Shown here one piece after another: positions 9,616-19,776 of a stretch of 64,000 nt of DNA; the first letter of the stretch is position 1, and each line of letters starts with the position of its first letter. Both the position numbers and the translations under genes were made by a program. The notes beneath the pieces are model-generated. The model did not search any database and was not told the DNA's origin. It was given only the letters and a program-made list of their open reading frames with translations. The DNA comes from a virus. Taxonomy: Duplodnaviria; Caudoviricetes. The DNA lies in IMG/VR virus record IMGVR_UViG_3300025383_000009; one strand, written 5' to 3'.

Positions 9616-10239
9616 TTACTCGGTTATGTTGATACCAGCTAAGTCTTCTGAACTAGCACAAGCATCGATAGCTTGTAGCTTGGTGTATTCCCAGTCAAAA
9701 GATGATTGTACGTGTACTAACACTGTAGACAACACTGTCTGAACATCAGAAGGAGCCAATGTTACCCATGTCTCTCTGTCTTGTTTCCAGTTGATGTTAT
9801 CGGTACTAGCTTGTGCGTTCATTAAGACAAGACGTGTAGCTCTGTCAGTACCGAAACTATAGTCAGTCCCGTTTAAGTTTACTGTAACACCGCTGTTTTC
9901 TTTGGTCCATCGTTCTGCTGCGACTCGGTCTTTTAGCATAGCCTTGGCTGCGTCTAATGGTAGAGGTTGTACAATGTAACTCATGATAGCTACGGTGTCT
10001 GTGAATTCCCAGAATGGACCATGTAACATCTCTATCGTGGGGTTGAACTCGGGATTCTCTGTACCTTGGACTGGTAGGATCTTGATGTTATCTGATACTG
10101 TGATAGGGTCTAAGTTATCATTAGTAGCAGGCAAAGTAGTATCTACCTCACACTCCTCTAAGATAGTGTTCTCAAACTTAAATCGGCTCCAACGCATCGG
10201 GCCTAAGATTACTGTGTTATCGTGAACTATTACAAACAT
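9616..10239 (-). CDS. DUF4376-like tail-fibre-assembly/chaperone-type protein
   Basis: C-terminal half LKDRVAAERWTKENSGVTV...TDRATR...INWK...WVTL...HVQSSFDWE is the DUF4376 pattern found beside fibre genes. Confidence 0.6.
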   Translation of the reverse strand: MFVIVHDNTVILGPMRWSRFKFENTILEECEVDTTLPATNDNLDPITVSDNIKILPVQGTENPEFNPTIEMLHGPFWEFTDTVAIMSYIVQPLPLDAAKAMLKDRVAAERWTKENSGVTVNLNGTDYSFGTDRATRLVLMNAQASTDNINWKQDRETWVTLAPSDVQTVLSTVLVHVQSSFDWEYTKLQAIDACASSEDLAGINITE

Positions 10240-10253
10240 TTTTATTTTCCTTT

Positions 10254-11456
10254 TTAACTTGATGGGTATAGTTTTCCTGCTTCGTAGAAGAATACGGCTG
10301 CTGTATACACTCCACCCGCCACCTGTTTCCAGTTAGTACCGCCAGCAATAGTCTGGATAGGACTGGATTTACTGACTAGAGTGTTGTCGCCTAGGTAACC
10401 TTGGGCGTTATTTCCCCAGATCCATAGTGTACCATCGGTCTTGATAGCTGCTGTAGCACCAAGATTAGCCACCTGTTTCCAGTTAGTACCACCAGCAACA
10501 GTTTGCACAGGACTGGATTTATCGACTACAGTATTGTCACCTAGTTGACCAACGATGTTATATCCCCAGATCCATAGTGTACCGTCCGTCTTGATAGCTG
10601 CTATATTATAGCCTCCACCTGCCAACTGTTTCCAGTTAGTACCACTAGCAACAGTCTGGACAGGACTGGATTTATTGACTATAGTGTTGTCACCTAATTG
10701 GCCATTGGAGTTCTGTCCCCAGGTCCATAGTGTACCATCTGTCTTGATAGCTGCTATATAAGAGATTCCACTTACCACCTGTTTCCAGTTAGTACCGCCA
10801 GCAATAGTCTGGATAGGACTAGATCTATGGGTTATACTAGTACCATCACCTAGTTGACCTTGTTGGTTCCATCCCCAGGTCCATAGTGTACCATCTGTCT
10901 TGATAGCTGCTGTATTAGTATATCCACAACCCACCTGTTTCCAGTTAGTACCACCAGCAACAGTCTGGACAGGGCTGGATTTTAGGCTTGCAGTATTGTC
11001 ACCTAGTTGACCATATAAGTTATGTCCCCAGGTCCATAGTGTACCATCTGTCTTGATAGCTGCTGTATGATATTGTCCACCTGCCACCTGTTTCCAGTTA
11101 GTACCACCAGAAACAGTTTGGATAGGACTAGATCTATGGGTTATACTAGAACCATCACCTAGTGCACCATAGGTGTTACGTCCCCAGGTCCATAGCGTAC
11201 CATCTGTCTTGATACATGCTATATGATAGTTTCCACCCGCCACTAGTTTCCAGTTAGTACCACCAGCAACAGTTTGCACAGGACTGGATTTATCGGCTGC
11301 ATTAGTAAGTGCTGCAGTATTGTCACCTAGTTGACCATAGGTGTTACGTCCCCAGGTCCACAGTGTTCCAGTCGCAGCGTACTGGTCGATCATAGCATAG
11401 TCGGTGACGAATAGCTGTTCTAGGTCGCCTTGACGGCTTTGGAATTGTCCGGCCAT
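10254..11456 (-). CDS. RCC1/BLIP-II-type beta-propeller protein (copy 3)
   Basis: Same ~52-aa repeat, about 7 copies. Confidence 0.85.
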   Translation of the reverse strand: MAGQFQSRQGDLEQLFVTDYAMIDQYAATGTLWTWGRNTYGQLGDNTAALTNAADKSSPVQTVAGGTNWKLVAGGNYHIACIKTDGTLWTWGRNTYGALGDGSSITHRSSPIQTVSGGTNWKQVAGGQYHTAAIKTDGTLWTWGHNLYGQLGDNTASLKSSPVQTVAGGTNWKQVGCGYTNTAAIKTDGTLWTWGWNQQGQLGDGTSITHRSSPIQTIAGGTNWKQVVSGISYIAAIKTDGTLWTWGQNSNGQLGDNTIVNKSSPVQTVASGTNWKQLAGGGYNIAAIKTDGTLWIWGYNIVGQLGDNTVVDKSSPVQTVAGGTNWKQVANLGATAAIKTDGTLWIWGNNAQGYLGDNTLVSKSSPIQTIAGGTNWKQVAGGVYTAAVFFYEAGKLYPSS

Positions 11457-11579
11457 CCTATGCTCCTACAACTTTAATGCTTATATTAAACTGCATGTAT
11501 TATATCATCCTGTTGTTAACCAGAATATCAATAATAAAGGTACACCGCCACTTATATTAGGTTATATTTGTTATCCTAT

Positions 11580-11587
11580 TATTTATA
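11580..11587 (-). promoter_or_regulatory. T4-type late promoter TATAAATA upstream of the RCC1 cluster
   Basis: Exact motif in the 140-nt intergenic gap; a TGnTATAAT extended -10 also occurs at 11507-11499. Confidence 0.6.
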
Positions 11588-11598
11588 AGAAAAACTAC

Positions 11599-12765
11599 CT
11601 AGTACTTGCGACCAGGATACTTCTTAAGTGCATAGTCCATGTCTGTACGACCAGGATTCTCTTCGTACCAGCCTTTACCAGTATGGATATTAAGCACGGC
11701 TTGGAAGTATTCCTCATACATCTTAGCCACATGATCTAATGAGAAGTTATTGATAGCCCAATCTCTACAGTCTTGAGGTTTGATACGATCGATGTTCTTG
11801 AGAGCCCATACGAACTCTTCAAACGTACGGCATCTGTAACCTGTAACACCATGGATATTGTTTTCTGTGAATGAACCCCAGTCAGTGGTGATGGTTGGTG
11901 TACCAGAGAATAAGTTCTCGATCTGTACTCCACCAAATGGCTCAACGTACATAGAAGCGACCATAGAGACTTTAGCTTTTGACATAAGCTCTCTGCGTTT
12001 CTCTACGTCTGCATAACCGATGAACTCTACATGAGATGGGATCTCTTTATAACCACATGCTTGTAGGTTATTCTGACCTGCAACCTTAAGTTTCATGCCA
12101 GCTTTCTCTGTAGCCTGGATAGCTATATGGATACCTTTACCTTCATACACTCGACCTAAGAATAAGCAGTAGTCTTCCTTAGTTTCAGGTGCAAAAGTAA
12201 AGTCATCTGGGTTGAAATAATTTGGTATTACTGTGTCATAGAAGTTGTTTTTACATGTACCGACAGCCTCAAGACCATAGTATGCATGCATGATAGCATA
12301 TGATTCAAAGATCTTAAACCTTGCCCAGTGTCCACCAGCGTATCCGATACCGGGTTCTACGCAAATTAAGTCTGGATGTGCATCACACACTGGACGAGTA
12401 CCTGATCCCCAGAATGGTAAAATAAAATCGTGTTTTTGTTTTCTAAGTCCTACTTCTCGAATCGCGTTTTTGTAAAATGTCTGATAAGCATGGTCGTTTG
12501 TGGCAAACTTGAAGAAGTTCTTACGCCAATCATAAGAACCATATGCTATCTCTAGATCTTTATTAGTAGTAACTGTAACGTGTTCAGTGGCTTCAACAAT
12601 TGAATCTTCATGACCATAATGAATCACTTCATGACCGCGTTCGGTCATCATCTTACAGAACTTTAGAACTTTCATTGTATATGCACAGGCCACATATTCT
12701 GGAGAAGTTACTGTATGAGGGAGGCCTAGTGCATGGAATCTAAATTTATTACTCATTGTTATCAC
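11599..12765 (-). CDS. Glycosyltransferase family 4 (GT-B); true start is probably the second Met (MSNKF)
   Basis: LFLGRVYEGKGIHIAI, VEFIGYAD, EPFGGVQIE..SGTPTITTDWG (ExFG...E motif). Confidence 0.85.
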   Translation of the reverse strand: MITMSNKFRFHALGLPHTVTSPEYVACAYTMKVLKFCKMMTERGHEVIHYGHEDSIVEATEHVTVTTNKDLEIAYGSYDWRKNFFKFATNDHAYQTFYKNAIREVGLRKQKHDFILPFWGSGTRPVCDAHPDLICVEPGIGYAGGHWARFKIFESYAIMHAYYGLEAVGTCKNNFYDTVIPNYFNPDDFTFAPETKEDYCLFLGRVYEGKGIHIAIQATEKAGMKLKVAGQNNLQACGYKEIPSHVEFIGYADVEKRRELMSKAKVSMVASMYVEPFGGVQIENLFSGTPTITTDWGSFTENNIHGVTGYRCRTFEEFVWALKNIDRIKPQDCRDWAINNFSLDHVAKMYEEYFQAVLNIHTGKGWYEENPGRTDMDYALKKYPGRKY

Positions 12766-13429
12766 CTTTTAATTTACAATTATTGAAATGCCATCTATAC
12801 ATGTTATTTGAACCGCCTAACATGTTACAGTGGGGACATACTATTTTTGTTTTAGGTTTTCTCATGGCAATTTTTGCTTCTTCTGTCACTATCTTGCCTT
12901 TATGAGAATCACTAATCTTTTTCTTGGTTTCTTCTGAATGCATTATTACTTGTTTACTTCGTGCTGATTTTATTTTTGATTTAGTTTCTTCTGTTCTTTT
13001 TCTATCTTTTAATTTTGATTTAGTTTCTTCTTTACATGGTACACCTTTATTCCATGCAGCAAATCCTTTTCTTGCTTGACTCATTCTTTGTTTTTCTTCA
13101 TCTGTTCTTGGAATACCTTTATTCCATGGTGTAATACCAGGTATAGCACCATCTAATCCATTCTCTATCTTAAGATTAGCCCATTTGTCAGAGTTAACTA
13201 TGTCCATCTCTTCAGATATTAGTGTTGCAAACTCAACCAATTTACTTTTATCTGTAAATGGTTCAGAAACCCAAATCGTCTTAACATGATATAAACCATG
13301 TTTATTGATATGTCTAACCCAGTGTTTACCAGATCCTTGATACTTATATGGATCAGATTTAGTAGTCTTACCAAGATATCTCATCCCAGTAATACTATGT
13401 TCTTTTATATAAAGGTAAGTTGGTTTCAT
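12749..13429 (-). mobile_element. Free-standing GIY-YIG-like (Seg-type) homing endonuclease with NUMOD3-like repeats
   Basis: TYLYIK...RYLGKT, YQGSG, basic PWNKG/HSEETKKKIS repeats, terminal CPHC..HFNNC; AT-rich and wedged between two enzyme genes. Confidence 0.75.
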
Positions 13430-14053
13430 CTATTCCTTATAGTGTTCAAATAATTTTGTTATCAACGCTTTATGTGATAAAGCACCATTTAAACCTTTTA
13501 ACTCTACAACTTTTTCTGGCTTGTCTGCAAAGAACTCGTCTACTGCTTTCTTTACACCAGGCCAATATTCATCACCATAATCATCTACTAATATGACACC
13601 ACCAGGAACCACACGATCGTATATCAACTTAAGTGGATCCATTATACTTATATATAAATCCCCGTCAAGGTGTGCAAAGGAAATCTTTTCTGGTACTTGT
13701 TCTGGCTTGATATCACTGAACCAACCCTTACGTATATATGGTATTCTTATACCATCATAGGTAAAGTTCTCACATAGTAGATCGAGCGATGTCTTCATCT
13801 CACCCGGTAAGTTCTCTTCCGATTCTGGTAATCCTTCAAAGCTATCATATACATATAGCCATTTATCTGAGATGTATGATATCAACTTTGAGGTGTGACC
13901 GCAGTAGCAGCCAAACTCAACTATATCACCTTCAAGGTGTTGCGTCTCAAGCACATAATGACATATATGAACTATCCTTGAGAAGTCTTGCATCTCAAGT
14001 GTGTTCCTTAGTAAGACATCAGCCTTACGTGAAACGTTTATATCATGCGCCAT
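13430..14053 (-). CDS. TylF/MycF-family sugar O-methyltransferase
   Basis: GDIVEFGCYCG, YDSFEGLP, KGWF, FAHLDGDLY, PGGVILVDDY. Confidence 0.88.
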   Translation of the reverse strand: MAHDINVSRKADVLLRNTLEMQDFSRIVHICHYVLETQHLEGDIVEFGCYCGHTSKLISYISDKWLYVYDSFEGLPESEENLPGEMKTSLDLLCENFTYDGIRIPYIRKGWFSDIKPEQVPEKISFAHLDGDLYISIMDPLKLIYDRVVPGGVILVDDYGDEYWPGVKKAVDEFFADKPEKVVELKGLNGALSHKALITKLFEHYKE

Positions 14054-15654
14054 TATCTATTCCTGATAGTATTCAAGTAGTTTTTGATATCACCATTAGG
14101 CATAGCAAACCTACTTACTAATTCTGGCTTCATCATCTCTACCATCGTATATACGGCTTCTTCTGTTCCGATAGTACCTTGATCTAGTAGCTGTCTTATT
14201 GTGTCATAGTAGTACTTATTAAACTCTGTAACCTGATCCTTTGACCCACCAAATAATGTTGCACGACATACATAACTTGGTTTAGTTCCTACTATATTTG
14301 TCATGACATTGATATTACAACCATGGATCTCAGAGTTTGTTTGGTACGGGTATGATGTTAAGAAGAACTTATCTTTAGGTAGGAACAAGAAGTTATATGT
14401 ACCGATAGGTTCTGTAATACCAAAGCTGTTTGACATACCTGAATCTATCCAATAGAATCGTTTAGATCCTAGCGGGTTTTGTTCTGCCACGTCTTGTAGT
14501 AACTTGTTCTTAATGAGTGTTAGTGGTATGTAGTATGGGTTTCTTAGTGCAGAGTCTTTGATCCAATCAGATTGATTAATGAACGCATCGCTGTTGATGA
14601 TGGTTTGTATCTCTTGGAACGGCGTGTTGTTCTGGATATCTTGTAGTGTTAATACTCTACACTCAATACGATTGTTTGATGTAGCAATGCTTAGTTGTTT
14701 GCGTCTTAAACGTATATAGTCATGATACTTAGGATCTGCATAGACTACTAATGGGTTACGTACAGATAATAGATGATCTAGACCTTTGATATAGTGTTCT
14801 TCGAATGATCGATCTCCACGTGATATATCAACTGCCATGGTAACTAGTGTTACATCACCAGGATACTCATACGTATAGTCCATGGCTCTGAAATCAATAT
14901 AAGGAGCAGTGCGATTCTTTAGTAGTTCCTTAGGATAGAAGTCATATGGAACTTTAGAATCGTCTGGTCTTTGTCCAGCCATCTTAGAGCAATGGTCACC
15001 AAGGTGTCGAGCATACTCGCCATTAAGATAAACACCTTTGAATCCTAATGCAGTAAACTTACGATCGATGTTCCATTCATTATGCCACTTCTCTACTCGA
15101 CCTAACATGATAAGGTCATCTCTGCGTCTTAAGTTAGGAGAGCCGCACCATGCATGCCATGCTAAGTGATGGTCAGTTATCTTCCATGGTTTCTTCCAAA
15201 AGAACTCACCGTCTACAAGACCTTTTTGATAGGAGTCTATACCTTGGAACTCGAATGTTCTCCATGAGATGTCAACAACACCGACTTCTCGATACTTTTG
15301 TAGGATTGCTTTAGATTTATTCAGGTAACCTGGTTGTGTAAGTTCCCAGTCGTCTTCAAGGTAAAAGATGTAATCTGAATCACAATATGAGCACATAAAA
15401 TCCATCGCCCACCATTGTGATCTGTTTCTTGGGAAGCATATGACGTCACATATATCTCCATACTCTTCAACTAACTTCTCAAATACACCTTCCTCAGCGG
15501 AGTCATCTACGATCACCATCTTGGTGACATAGTCTTGGGTATCAAAGAATGATTGAAGTGTCTTGGCTAAGACATCTAGTCTGTTACAGGATAGTACAAA
15601 GGTAGTTGTATCTGAATCTGGTTGGTCAACGGTGTGGAACTTCACTTGTGACAT
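14053..15654 (-). CDS. Two-domain glycosyltransferase: GT2-like N-terminus fused to an HtrL/WlaTC-like domain
   Basis: N-terminal SCNR...VIVDDS...YIFYLEDDW; C-terminal VTLVTM.VDI.R, YWIDSG, LFGG, GTEE. Confidence 0.65.
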   Translation of the reverse strand: MSQVKFHTVDQPDSDTTTFVLSCNRLDVLAKTLQSFFDTQDYVTKMVIVDDSAEEGVFEKLVEEYGDICDVICFPRNRSQWWAMDFMCSYCDSDYIFYLEDDWELTQPGYLNKSKAILQKYREVGVVDISWRTFEFQGIDSYQKGLVDGEFFWKKPWKITDHHLAWHAWCGSPNLRRRDDLIMLGRVEKWHNEWNIDRKFTALGFKGVYLNGEYARHLGDHCSKMAGQRPDDSKVPYDFYPKELLKNRTAPYIDFRAMDYTYEYPGDVTLVTMAVDISRGDRSFEEHYIKGLDHLLSVRNPLVVYADPKYHDYIRLRRKQLSIATSNNRIECRVLTLQDIQNNTPFQEIQTIINSDAFINQSDWIKDSALRNPYYIPLTLIKNKLLQDVAEQNPLGSKRFYWIDSGMSNSFGITEPIGTYNFLFLPKDKFFLTSYPYQTNSEIHGCNINVMTNIVGTKPSYVCRATLFGGSKDQVTEFNKYYYDTIRQLLDQGTIGTEEAVYTMVEMMKPELVSRFAMPNGDIKNYLNTIRNR

Positions 15655-15678
15655 AGTTACTCCTCAGGGTATTATATG

Positions 15679-15716
15679 ATTATAATATAGATTGTGTTTA
15701 ATGTAAAATTATTTAT
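15679..15716 (-). promoter_or_regulatory. Composite promoter: late-type GATAAATA overlapping a sigma70-type TTTACA-N17-TATAAT
   Basis: -35 at 15707-15702, 17-nt spacer, -10 at 15684-15679; 18 nt identical to the 6713-6730 element. Confidence 0.65.
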
Positions 15717-18700
15717 CTATCTTTTTAGATAGCTCATCTATTTGTTTTTGTTGTTCTTTGATAGCGTTGATTAGGAAACCAAACAAGCCGTTGTAGTTAA
15801 CTGACTTATTACCAGCATCGTCTGTCGTTACGAGGTCTGGTATCACTTCTTCAAGCTCTTGAGCAATAACACCGTAAGACTTCATGCCGTTGTTTTTCCA
15901 TTGGAACTCAACACCGTTTAACTGTGTTATAGTATCAGCAGCGTTCTTGATCTTCTTGATGTTCTTTTTCTTACGCTTATCTGATAGAGAGTTGAATATC
16001 GTAGCGTTGATAGTACCAGTAGATGGGTTAAAGTATAATCCAGCGCTTGCAGTGTATGCAGTAGAGAAAGTACCAGATGTCGCAGATGACATAACTGGAT
16101 AGTATGGACCAGCTGACGCATTATCATTAGTGATCGTAGCACCACCACCTGATGCAGATAATGCAACACCGTTAAGATATATGCTACTGAAGTAACCAGC
16201 TTGTGAAGACATAGAACCGGTAGCACCAACAAAGCCTGTGGCACCTGTTGCACCAGTAACTAAAGCAGGACCAGTAATATTACCAGTTGCAGTGATAGAT
16301 CCTGTAGCTCCTACTGTCGCAGTTCCAACTCCTAATGAACCTAGTATGTATACAGCACCAGTCGCGCCTGTAGCACCAGTAAGTGTACCAAATTGTGCAG
16401 TAAATGCTGAGTTATATGCTGTAGATTGTGTTCCTGCAGGACCAGTAGCACCGTTAGTTCCTGCAGGACCAGTGGCACCGTTAGTTCCTGCTGTACCTGT
16501 AGCTCCGTTAGTTCCGTTAGTTCCTGCAGGACCAGTGGCACCGTTAGTTCCTGCTGTACCTGTAGCTCCGTTAGTTCCGTTAGTTCCTGCAGGACCAGTG
16601 GCACCGTTAGTTCCTGCAGGACCAGTAGCACCTGCAGCGCCAGATGCGCCAGTAACTGATACACCACCAACAGTTAGTGTATTAAAGTATCCTGATAAAC
16701 CTGATATAGAGCCAGTAGCTCCAATAAATCCTGTAGCACCTGTTGCACCAGCAACTATGTTTGATGATGTTAATATATTAGTAGTAACGCCTGTTGCACC
16801 AATCGTACCAACACTTAATGTATTAGTGGTAACACCTGTCGCACCAATAGTTCCAGCAGATAGTGTTGCGATAGTACCAAGTGATGTTAAGCTTGACGCT
16901 GTGATACCAGAACCCAATGTATTTGCACTAAGCACTGACACACCATTGATATAGTATGCTTTGTTTGTACCAGATAAGTTCCAGTTTTCTGAAGCATTCC
17001 AGTAACCAGTGTTTGTTCCACCAGTAGTAGCTGATGATTGCCAGATTAATGTCTTATCTGCTGTACCATGTAATGTTATACCACCGCCTGCTGCTGTAGT
17101 ATCTGTAGGTGTTGTTACTTTACCAAGCTCAACGTTTATATCATTAACGGTTAGAGTAGTTGTATTGATTGTAGTAGTTGTACCATTAACTGTAAGGTTA
17201 CCAGTAACCACTGCATTACCACCAACGTTAAGATCACCTGAGGCATTAATAGAACCTGTTGCACCAGTAGCTCCTGTGCCAATTTCAAGAGTTTGCAGTG
17301 CTGCGTTAGTGGATACTAATGTATTTGTTGTAACACCTGTTGCACCGACTGTGAATGCTGTCAATGCACCAGTAGCACCAAGTGTTGTAGATCCAACTGC
17401 AAGACCACCACCATGTGCAGCTCCACCGCTTGATACGATAGAACCTGTAGCACCAAGTGTTGTAGATCCAACTGCAAGACCACCACCATGTGCAGCTCCA
17501 CCGCTTGATACGATAGAACCTGTAGCGCCAACAGTTCCTCCACCAACGTTTAGTGGAGCGTTCATGTTGATGGCACCAGATGCACCGATAACCATCGCCG
17601 CTGTAGATAAGCTATTAATTACAAAGTAGATAGCATTAGATCCGTATGTACCGATAGCTAGGTCTTGTGACTGTGAACCTAAGTATGCTATACCAGGATT
17701 ACTGAATATACCTGTACCAGAGAACGTTGGTGAGTTGATACCAAGCTCTGCATAGTTAGTTGAGTTTGTAGCAAGTGCATTTGATACAACGAAGTTCGTT
17801 GATGCATTAGCTGTGTTGCTTGTATTTTGTAAAAGTAGTTGGTTATAGTTATCGACTGATGATGACCATGAACCCATGATGTTACCATCTGCATAGTTTA
17901 GTGTACCGTATGCAAACGCACCTTGTGTGCCTGATGCACCTATAGATGCTGTCGCTACATGTGTAGGTGCAGAGAATATACCTGTGCTTGGAGTAAATGA
18001 GTATGTAGTTGCAAGATAGCCGTTAGGCATCGGGCCAGTAGCACCTGTCATGACTGGATAGTATGTTACACCAGTCGCACCTAATCCAATACTACCGATG
18101 ATACCTGTTGCGCCAGTGGCACCATTTATTCCTGCTGTACCGGTCGCACCAGTTGCACCATTTATCCCTGCTGTACCTGTAGCACCATTAGTTCCGTTGG
18201 TTCCTGCTGGACCAGTGGCACCTGTTGCACCATTGATACCTGTCGAACCTGACGCACCTTGTGAACCATTAGTTCCTGCTGGACCGGTTGCACCAGTCGC
18301 TCCACTAATACCTGTCGAACCTGATGCACCTTGCACACCTTGAATACCTTGGATACCTTGAGGACCTGTAGCTCCTGTATTACCGGTAACACCAGTCGCA
18401 CCATTAGTTCCTGCAGAACCAGTCGCACCGTTTGTTCCTGCAGAACCAGTCGCACCGTTTGTACCTGCACTTCCAGTTGCACCTGCAGTCCCTGTTGCAC
18501 CGTTTGTACCGTTAATTCCTGCAGAACCAGTCGCACCGTTTGTTCCTGCTGTACCTGTGGCGCCTGTTAAACCCGTTAATCCTGTAGCACCTTGTACACC
18601 TTGAACTCCAGTAGCTCCGGTTAATCCAGTAGAACCTGATGCACCTTGTACACCTTGAGAACCTGTAGCACCGCTTGCACCTTGTACACCTTGAGAACCT

Positions 18701-19737
18701 GTAGCACCGCTTGCACCTTGGATACCTTGAGAACCTGTTGCACCACTAATACCGGTGGCACCTGTTAAACCAGTAGAACCTGAAGCACCTTGCGTTCCTG
18801 ATACTATACCAAGGAATAACTGGTGATCATTTGCAAAGTTGCTTGTTCCTGTACCTCCGCTAGATACTAAGGTTACAGGTATATCGTACCAGCTATTAGT
18901 ACCGCTTGTTTGGTTTGTTACTGTCCCTGATATTGTCCATATCTGGTAGTTATTAGACAAATTTGCATCTTGAATGATGAACTCTTGACCTTGTTGAAGC
19001 AAAGCAAGATAGATGTCGATGTCAATAGCATTAGTAGAACCACCACTTATAGTGTCTTCTGTTAGGTGACTGACCCAGATGTTTGTTGAACTTATCTGTG
19101 TAGAGTTATTCCATACGATGTATCCATCACCAACGTATGTAGAACCGCTTTGAGTCGTTGTCTTTGCTTGATAGTTGAATATACTGTTTGATTGGCCTGC
19201 TGCACCTTGAGAACCTGTGGCTCCAGTATAACCAGTAGCACCAGTTAATCCTGTACCAGTGGCACCGGTTAAACCTGTAGAACCTGAAGCACCTTGAATA
19301 CCTTGAGCACCTGTTGCACCGGTTAAACCTGTAGAACCTGAAGCACCTTGAATACCTTGAGCACCTGTTGCACCGGTTAAACCTGTAGAACCTGAAGCAC
19401 CTTGAATACCTTGAGTGCCTGTTGCACCAGTATAACCAGTCGCACCAGTTAAACCAGTACTTCCACTTGCTCCTTGAATACCTTGAGAACCTGTAGCTCC
19501 TGTTAAACCTGTGGAACCACTAGCACCTTGAACACCGCTTGCACCTTGAACACCTGTAGCACCAGTATTACCTGTGACTCCAGTTGCTCCTGTTAAACCT
19601 GTTGAGCCTGATGCACCTTGAAGAGTTCCGGTCGCGCCGATCCAATTACCGTATTGGTCGATGACGTCGACGATGCCTGAGGCACCACCAACGGATAGTC
19701 CGTTCTTGATGACGAACGATTTATTGCTTGTAGACAC
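15709..19737 (-). CDS. Long tail fibre: collagen-like Gly-X-Y segments plus C-terminal intramolecular chaperone (peptidase S74)
   Basis: Long GAT/GAS/GPA triplet runs; C-terminal SDKRKKKNI...[12 protein letters not shown]...VNYNGL..LINAIKE; GTG start. Confidence 0.82.
17372..17521. repeat. Perfect 75-bp tandem duplication (2 copies) inside the fibre gene
   Basis: Encodes [25 protein letters not shown] twice; copies start at 17372 and 17447. Confidence 0.9.
19262..19415. repeat. Perfect 54-bp tandem repeat (about 2.9 copies) in the collagen region
   Basis: Unit starts at 19262, 19316 and 19370; encodes [18 protein letters not shown]. Confidence 0.88.
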
Positions 19738-19776
19738 GGTTCATTTTCCCCAGTGTTTATGTGTATATGTTATTTA

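Noticed and set aside
6727-11456. Regular ~156-bp repeats that could be taken for a CRISPR array
   Set aside because: The repeats are in-frame protein blades with synonymous variation; there is no short invariant repeat with unique spacers and no cas gene
6727-11456. Diversity-generating retroelement acting on the RCC1 genes
   Set aside because: No reverse transcriptase or non-coding template repeat in the window; the blade differences I compared (e.g. TAC GGT / TAC TAT / CAA TAT / ACC TAT) are not adenine-restricted
11457-11598. Possible 12-codon ORF (MQFNISIKVVGA) in the gap before RCC1 copy 3
   Set aside because: Too short with no supporting motif; the gap is adequately explained by promoter elements
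12749-13429. Group I intron or intein hosting the endonucleases (also 60514-61086)
   Set aside because: The flanking genes (TylF, GT4, gp16, gp26) are intact and no intron core or intein motifs were seen, so they are free-standing
455-15654. Glycosyl/methyltransferases as DNA-hypermodification enzymes (T4 alpha/beta-gt-like)
   Set aside because: The families (GT2, GT9-TPR, TylF, FkbM, sulfotransferase) and the location among fibres point to glycans or proteins, and no hydroxymethylase or DNA MTase motifs are present; not fully excluded for the GT4
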